Below, one piece after another: positions 58,407 to 64,000 of a stretch of 64,000 nucleotides of DNA. Source of the DNA: an uncultured Pseudomonadota bacterium (GTDB lineage: Bacteria > Oederibacteriota > Muellerivitia > Muellerivitales > Muellerivitaceae); NCBI GenBank assembly GCA_963836235.1, contig CAWIIP010000002.1:1472001-1536000 (forward strand). Reading direction: 5' to 3'. Numbering within the stretch: position 1 is the first letter of the stretch; each line of letters begins with the position of its first letter. Position numbers and translations under genes: made by a program. Below the pieces are notes generated by a model, which saw nothing but the letters and a program-made list of their open reading frames with translations, made no database searches and had not been told where the DNA came from.

Positions 58407-61400
58407 ATGATCTCCGACCAAACGGTCCGGGAACGGGTCACCCATGACCACGAAACCCTCTTCGCGGTGGACGCGGGGGCGGGGACGGGCAAGACCACGC
58501 TCCTGGTGTCCCGGCTTATCGCCCTATTGCTTGAAAAGGCGGCACCCTTAAGCCGCATCGCGGCCATCACCTTCACCGAAAAGGCTGCCGCCGAGTTGGC
58601 CGAGAGGCTTCGGTCCAAGCTGGAAGAAGCCCTGGCCGCAAACCCCGGCCAAAAAGGCCTGATTTTTAAGGCCCTGGAAGACATGGAAAGGGCGCCCATC
58701 TCCACCATTCATTCCTTTTGCGCGGCCCTATTGCGGGAATACCCGGTGGAAGCGGGGGTGGACCCCCAATTTACGCTCCTGGACGAGGTGCAATCGGGAG
58801 CCTTCGAGTCCCAAACCTGGGAACATTGGCTGAAAAAAAACCTATCCCACCCGGTCGAGCCCCTGTTCCAATTCCTGCGGATGGGGGGAACCTTCGAGCT
58901 GGTGGAAGAACTCAAGCAGTTCCTGAAGCGCAACCGAACCCTTTTATCGGTCCCCGCCCCCCAAACCCTGCCGTCGGTGGAACCCTTTCGGGAAAAATGG
59001 AAGGCCTTCTTGGCTTGGAGCCAAAAAGAAGCCACCCAATGTACCAAGCACGAGGACAGTCTTTATGAGCTTTTAGAAGCCTTTTGGACCCAGTGTGAAT
59101 CGATCAAAGAGGATTTTGACCTTGCGAGTTTGAAGGTTCCCAAGACAGGTCGAAGTGGGGCCCAAGGTAATTGGGGCAAGGAACGTTTGGCCGCGATTCG
59201 GGAAGGGTTCGTTCGGCTGGCCGAGGAGCATGGCCAGGCCTTCGCGCCTTTCAAGGAGGCGGTGATCCTGAACCTGGTCCATTGGATCGGGGGATACCTG
59301 GTCGAATGGGAAAGCCAAAAGGCTCAAGGCGGATTCCTGGATTTTGACGACCTGCTTTTAAAAACCCGAGACCTCCTGAGGGAGCATTCCGAGGCCCGTG
59401 AAGAAATGAAGAAGCGACTCGATTATCTCTTTGTGGACGAATTTCAGGATACAGACCCATTGCAAGTGGAAGTGGTTTTCTTCTTGTCGGAAAAACTGGC
59501 CCCCCTACGCCAAGGCTCCGGGGGGCAGCCTCAAGTCATTGATTGGAAGAAGATTGAACTTGAGGCTGGCAAGTTGTTCCTCGTCGGCGACCCCAAACAA
59601 AGCATCTACCGTTTTCGGCGGGCGGACGTGGCTATTTACGAAGAAACCAAAGACCGGATCCTGGCCAACGGGGGCAAGGTGGAGGTGCTCACCGAGAACT
59701 TTCGTACTGTGGGCGGGCTGGTGGAATGGGTCAACGGGCGGTTTCCGGCGCTCTTTGAGGGAACGGGTATCGGTTACAACCCCTTGAGCGCCAACCGGGA
59801 GAAGGGGAAGACCGAGGGCACCCTACCTATTATTTGGGGCTTGAGTGTTCCCGTGCCGCCGGACGCACCGGAGACCAAAAGTTATTTCCGCCAACAGGAA
59901 GCCGAATGGGTGGCGGCTTTCCTTAAAGAAAAAATTCTCGGGGGCGGCTGGACCCTTTCGGACCCCAAGACCCACCTCCTCCGCTCGGTCCAAAAAGGCG
60001 ACATCGCCATTCTGTTCCGAGACCTTTCCAACGAGAACGAGGAATTCTGGGAAGAAGCCCTGCGCAAGCGGGAAATGTCCTACCAGATTGTGGGGGGCAA
60101 GCGGTTCTATAACCGGCCTGAGATCGTGGCCCTGTCCACCCTGCTGACCTGCCTTTCCTCGCCCGCCGCCGAGGCGGCCTGCGTGGCCGTATTGCGGGGT
60201 CCCCTTTTCGGGTTCAGCGACGAAGCCCTTTTCCTCCACCGTTCCGCCGGCGGTTCCTTCCGGTTCCAGGACATCGGGGGTAAGAAAATGGAAGAAGCCT
60301 TCCAACTTTTGAGGGAGCTTTACGAAGCCACCCGCACCCAGGGGGTTTCCGAAACCCTGTCCGTCATCTATCAGAAGACCAACCTTTTGGCCGTCACGGC
60401 GGGCCAGCCCCATGGGGAACAGCGGGTCGCCAACTTGATGAAGGTGTTGGACCAGGCCCGGGACCTGGAAACCTCCCAGCATTTCACCTACCGGGCCTTC
60501 ACCCAATGGCTGACCACCCAGCAGGAAGAGGAGACCATGGAAGGCGAAGCCCCCGGGCCCGATTCTTCCGAGGACCGTATCACCTTGATGACCATCCACA
60601 AGGCCAAGGGACTGGAGTTTCCCATTGTCTTCGTTTCGGGTTGGGCGTCCGACCCGAAGGATTCGGGGAGCCTGGTGGACCGCAAGCATTCGGCGGGGGC
60701 CTTTAAGGCGGGCCGGGCCGACCTGGGGCTTAAGAGCCTGAACTACGATGGGGTGAAACAAGAAGAAGAGCTTCAACGCAAGGCCGAGGATACCCGCTTA
60801 CTTTACGTGGCGGCCACCCGGGCCCGGGATTGCCTATTGCTCTCCCATTTCAACATGCACCCCGAATGCAAATTCCAGAATGAAGGGCTTTTTACGGGGC
60901 CGCTTTTGAAGGCGCTGGAAGAAGGGGGGGCTCCCGTGCAGTCTGCGCTGAGGCCACCAGCCGAGGCGCAAGATTTGACGGTGCTGGCGTCTTTACAGAC
61001 GCCAGTGCATTGGGCCGAGGCTGGGGAGGGAGCCGAAGCCCTGGAGGACCCGCCCTCTTGGGTGGTTCCTTTGGAGGTTCCATCCGGCGACCCGGCCCTG
61101 GCCGTGGAAAAAGAGAAGTTGAAAACCCAGCAACAAGTCCGGAAGGAAAGACTAGAGAGCCTTCGAGGCCAAAGGGAATTCAAGTCCGTGACTTCCGTTC
61201 TCTCGGGGGACGAAGAAAAAAGACAAAGGGAAGAGCGGATATTCACCGAGCCGGAAGCCTCTTCCCCTTGGGGTGGGAAGGACTTGGGTTCCTTCGCCCA
61301 TCTGTTATTGGAAAAGGGATGGGATTGGGATGGACCTCAGATTCAGAAGGCCGCCCAGGCTTATGGGGAGAAGATGGGGATAGCCACGCCCGAGGCCGAA

Positions 61401-61727
61401 CAAGGCTTGGAGTGGGTCAAGAAAACCCTTCAAAGTGAACTCATTCAAAGGGCACGAAGTTCCGGAAAGGTTTTTCGGGAACTGCCCATTACCGGAAAGC
61501 GGGAAGATGGGTCCTATTTAAACGCCATCATCGACCTGGCTTTCCTGGAAGGCGACGAATGGGTGATCGTGGATTACAAGACGGACCGGGATATGGAAAA
61601 GGAAAGGGACAAGTACCAAGAACAACTGGGATATTACCGTAAGCTTTTGGAAAAATTCACCGATTGTAAAGTTAAGGAAATTTACCTTTATTTTTTAAGA
61701 TATCAGCATGTTGTGCCGGTAAAATAA
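58407..61727 (+). CDS. addA: AddA UvrD-type helicase/nuclease
   Basis: AGAGTGKT, ITFT.KAA.EL, TIHSFC, VDEFQDT, VGDPKQSIY.FR.AD, MTIHKAKGLEFP, LYVA.TRA, IDL...VDYKT. Confidence 0.95.
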   Translation: MISDQTVRERVTHDHETLFAVDAGAGTGKTTLLVSRLIALLLEKAAPLSRIAAITFTEKAAAELAERLRSKLEEALAANPGQKGLIFKALEDMERAPISTIHSFCAALLREYPVEAGVDPQFTLLDEVQSGAFESQTWEHWLKKNLSHPVEPLFQFLRMGGTFELVEELKQFLKRNRTLLSVPAPQTLPSVEPFREKWKAFLAWSQKEATQCTKHEDSLYELLEAFWTQCESIKEDFDLASLKVPKTGRSGAQGNWGKERLAAIREGFVRLAEEHGQAFAPFKEAVILNLVHWIGGYLVEWESQKAQGGFLDFDDLLLKTRDLLREHSEAREEMKKRLDYLFVDEFQDTDPLQVEVVFFLSEKLAPLRQGSGGQPQVIDWKKIELEAGKLFLVGDPKQSIYRFRRADVAIYEETKDRILANGGKVEVLTENFRTVGGLVEWVNGRFPALFEGTGIGYNPLSANREKGKTEGTLPIIWGLSVPVPPDAPETKSYFRQQEAEWVAAFLKEKILGGGWTLSDPKTHLLRSVQKGDIAILFRDLSNENEEFWEEALRKREMSYQIVGGKRFYNRPEIVALSTLLTCLSSPAAEAACVAVLRGPLFGFSDEALFLHRSAGGSFRFQDIGGKKMEEAFQLLRELYEATRTQGVSETLSVIYQKTNLLAVTAGQPHGEQRVANLMKVLDQARDLETSQHFTYRAFTQWLTTQQEEETMEGEAPGPDSSEDRITLMTIHKAKGLEFPIVFVSGWASDPKDSGSLVDRKHSAGAFKAGRADLGLKSLNYDGVKQEEELQRKAEDTRLLYVAATRARDCLLLSHFNMHPECKFQNEGLFTGPLLKALEEGGAPVQSALRPPAEAQDLTVLASLQTPVHWAEAGEGAEALEDPPSWVVPLEVPSGDPALAVEKEKLKTQQQVRKERLESLRGQREFKSVTSVLSGDEEKRQREERIFTEPEASSPWGGKDLGSFAHLLLEKGWDWDGPQIQKAAQAYGEKMGIATPEAEQGLEWVKKTLQSELIQRARSSGKVFRELPITGKREDGSYLNAIIDLAFLEGDEWVIVDYKTDRDMEKERDKYQEQLGYYRKLLEKFTDCKVKEIYLYFLRYQHVVPVK
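59496..59530 (+). repeat. REP-like palindrome inside addA
   Basis: GCCCCCC-TACGCCAAGGCTCC-GGGGGGC, read as APLRQGSGGQ, between helicase motifs II and III. Confidence 0.6.
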
Positions 61728-61808
61728 ATCCATGTCCAAAGACCACCACGATTCCCATGGGCTGGTTCATGGCTTCTCCTTGTTTAAAAAGCCCCCGAGA
61801 GTTTCGAC

Positions 61809-64000
61809 TTGAAAGAAAACGATATTTTTTCAAGCTCGGAGAGCCAAGAAAAATTCCAAGTTTTATTTTTGAGCGCGTTGTTTGGAATTATTTTTTTTAG
61901 ATTATTTTTGAGTTTTTATCTCGGGGGCTCACCATCCAACCCGGGTTTGAACATACAAGATAACGTATTTAAAATTTATTTTTTAGGATGGACAGTTTTT
62001 CCCGTGGCGGGACTTTTGGCAGGCCGGGTCCTGGAAGACTTCCGACGAAAGGAAGGAATTCCGAGTCCTCATTTTTACCCTTTGATTATTTTTTTGAATT
62101 TCAACCTTATGTTGCTCATTCTTTATCCCCGTCAGTGGGATTCTTATACCGGGCTCATCCTGCTGATGGGATTCTTTTTCTTACAAGTCTCGGGGGTAAT
62201 CATCTTAAAAGTGATGAATAAAAATGAGGGATTTTGGGAAAGGACCCAGGGAAGAAAAAAGTTATATTTTTCAATATTTCCACTGCTGGTGCTTTGGGTT
62301 TTGTGCCTGCCTTGGGATTGGTGGAATTTATTAGGTCATCAAACCGTTTATAACTGGTTTTTTTTCGCTTGGACTGTTTGGCTGTTTCACTTCGGTATTC
62401 CCAATATTTCCAGGACCCCGTCGCCAAAGCCTTCTTCCCTACTGGGAGGTGTGGGAAAAAAAATATTTCTTTATGGGTTCACCTTTCTTTTTATCGCCTA
62501 TGTAGTCATCGATCCCTATTTTAGGTTTGACTTGACGCACCATTCCTTTTACTTAGGGCCATTGGCGGACATGTCCGCCGGTAAAACCCTATTGGTCAAC
62601 ATCAATGCCCAGTATGGAGTCATTGTTTTTTACTTCTTGAACCTCATTTTCCATCTGTTGCCCTTGGGTTTTATGTCCTTCACCCTGGTTGGTTTCATTC
62701 TTATCATCCTGCAATACCTCGTTTTTTATTTTATCGTCCGGCAGCTGTTCCGTTCAGAGGCGCTAGCCTACTTCTGTTTACTGGCGCTTTTGCTCATCAA
62801 CCATTTTTGTCCCCAACAGGATTTGCCCGGTTATTACCCCTCTACGGGCCCATTGCGCTTCGGATTCATCTATCTTCTGACGGGGCTGGTCGTCCTGCGC
62901 AACCGGAAACCAACGTGGGAAAGGCCGATCTTCCTTATGGAAGCCGCCGTCACCGCAGTGGCTTTTTTTTGGAGTTTCGAGGTTTGTGTTTATACGGTGA
63001 TAGCTTACGTGGGCTTGGTGTTTTATGAGTCGGCGGAATTTGAAAATGAAAGAATCGGGCTTAAGACCGTTCCTCTCAGCCGACGCCTTTCGACGCTCCT
63101 GGGCTTAACGGCCCTCGTGGGCGGCTTGCTTTACCTTTATACTTTCCAAAGGGCCCATGAATGGCCCAATTGGTCCTATTACTGGGATTATCTCTCGACC
63201 TATCGGAATGGATTAGGGATGCTTCCCACACCGGGGTTTGGCGGTTGGTGGGTCATTATCGGTGTGCTTTATTTTTCGGTTTTCGCCCTTTTGGGCTTTT
63301 TTTTCCTCTCATCGAAAGAAAAGAAGACAGTGGACTTGAACGTGGCGGTCCTTTTGACCTTTTATGGGATCACCCAATTCCTTTATTTCCTTGGCCGGTC
63401 CCATTACATTAACTTGTTTCATATCGCTATGCCGAGTCTTTTGGTCCTGGTCTTTTGGTTGTACTACTTGCGCTCTTGGGCGCCTTCCGAGGTTCCCAAG
63501 GGTGTTCAAAAAGGTTTTTTTACCTTGGTCGTGGTTCTGGGGGGATTAGGCCTTTCCCAAACCCTTCCTATCGCGGTGGGTATTCTTGAAAAGCGGATTA
63601 TCCCCCTGCCGAAGTTATTGAATCGTCTTTATTTGACCGCCCGGGACCTTCCTCGTGACAATGATTTCGCCCTCAATGCCGCCCGGCTGATGAAAAAATA
63701 TTCCGGCGATCAAAAGTCCCTGGTTTATTTTTTTGGCAAAAAAGATTTAGAAGTCTCCCTCTACGCGGGAAAAATGGAAACCTATCCCTACAACGACGTC
63801 ATTCAAGCTGACGCAATTCCTAGCGTCTCCCGTCGGATCATGGCCTTTGATCCGCTTCTGAAAACCGGGGATTATATTTATTTGTCAGAGGACTTAAACC
63901 AAGTCTATTATGAATATGATTATTCAGGAGTGTCTCGGAATGTTAAATCAACCCTTGAGCAAAAGCTTCTTTTAGGCCTTATCGCTAGGTTCGACTTACA
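61809..64000 (+). CDS. Multi-pass membrane protein, possibly GT-C-like (3' truncated by window)
   Basis: Open frame from TTG 61809 to the window end (absent from the ORF track because it has no stop); many TM segments; HHSFYLGP, QYG, PSTGPLRF. Confidence 0.65.
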   Translation, partial: MKENDIFSSSESQEKFQVLFLSALFGIIFFRLFLSFYLGGSPSNPGLNIQDNVFKIYFLGWTVFPVAGLLAGRVLEDFRRKEGIPSPHFYPLIIFLNFNLMLLILYPRQWDSYTGLILLMGFFFLQVSGVIILKVMNKNEGFWERTQGRKKLYFSIFPLLVLWVLCLPWDWWNLLGHQTVYNWFFFAWTVWLFHFGIPNISRTPSPKPSSLLGGVGKKIFLYGFTFLFIAYVVIDPYFRFDLTHHSFYLGPLADMSAGKTLLVNINAQYGVIVFYFLNLIFHLLPLGFMSFTLVGFILIILQYLVFYFIVRQLFRSEALAYFCLLALLLINHFCPQQDLPGYYPSTGPLRFGFIYLLTGLVVLRNRKPTWERPIFLMEAAVTAVAFFWSFEVCVYTVIAYVGLVFYESAEFENERIGLKTVPLSRRLSTLLGLTALVGGLLYLYTFQRAHEWPNWSYYWDYLSTYRNGLGMLPTPGFGGWWVIIGVLYFSVFALLGFFFLSSKEKKTVDLNVAVLLTFYGITQFLYFLGRSHYINLFHIAMPSLLVLVFWLYYLRSWAPSEVPKGVQKGFFTLVVVLGGLGLSQTLPIAVGILEKRIIPLPKLLNRLYLTARDLPRDNDFALNAARLMKKYSGDQKSLVYFFGKKDLEVSLYAGKMETYPYNDVIQADAIPSVSRRIMAFDPLLKTGDYIYLSEDLNQVYYEYDYSGVSRNVKSTLEQKLLLGLIARFDL

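Overview
Bacterial chromosomal window with a moderately GC-rich backbone and AT-rich inserts. Pro/Thr-linker lipoproteins and an SBBP/FlgD-tail protein suggest a poorly studied diderm lineage, possibly a candidate phylum (inference only). Housekeeping genes (SulP, thiO, hldD, purC, pepF, ispH, addB/addA) are interleaved with accessory DNA. The main finding is an integron-like gene-cassette array at about 3.6-9.6 kb. Single genes and toxin-antitoxin modules there are each separated by a co-oriented 28-bp palindrome (TGTCCACGAYGGG-GA-CCCRTCGTGGACA, 13+2+13) that is not an attC, dif or CRISPR repeat. Complementary half-sites sit at the two array ends. One copy is split exactly by a complete group II intron whose EBS1 pairs with the repeat. 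No recombinase for the array lies in the window. Other notable items: a phcBSR-like methyl-ester quorum-sensing operon; a solo Cas4-like nuclease ending in a beta-clamp motif; two insertions bracketed by diverged duplicates of gene ends (addA 5' end, methyltransferase 3' end); REP-like palindromes in frame inside addA/addB; tandem RIC paralogs lacking the CC motif; four TA modules. Protein calls come from motif recognition only; no database searches were run.
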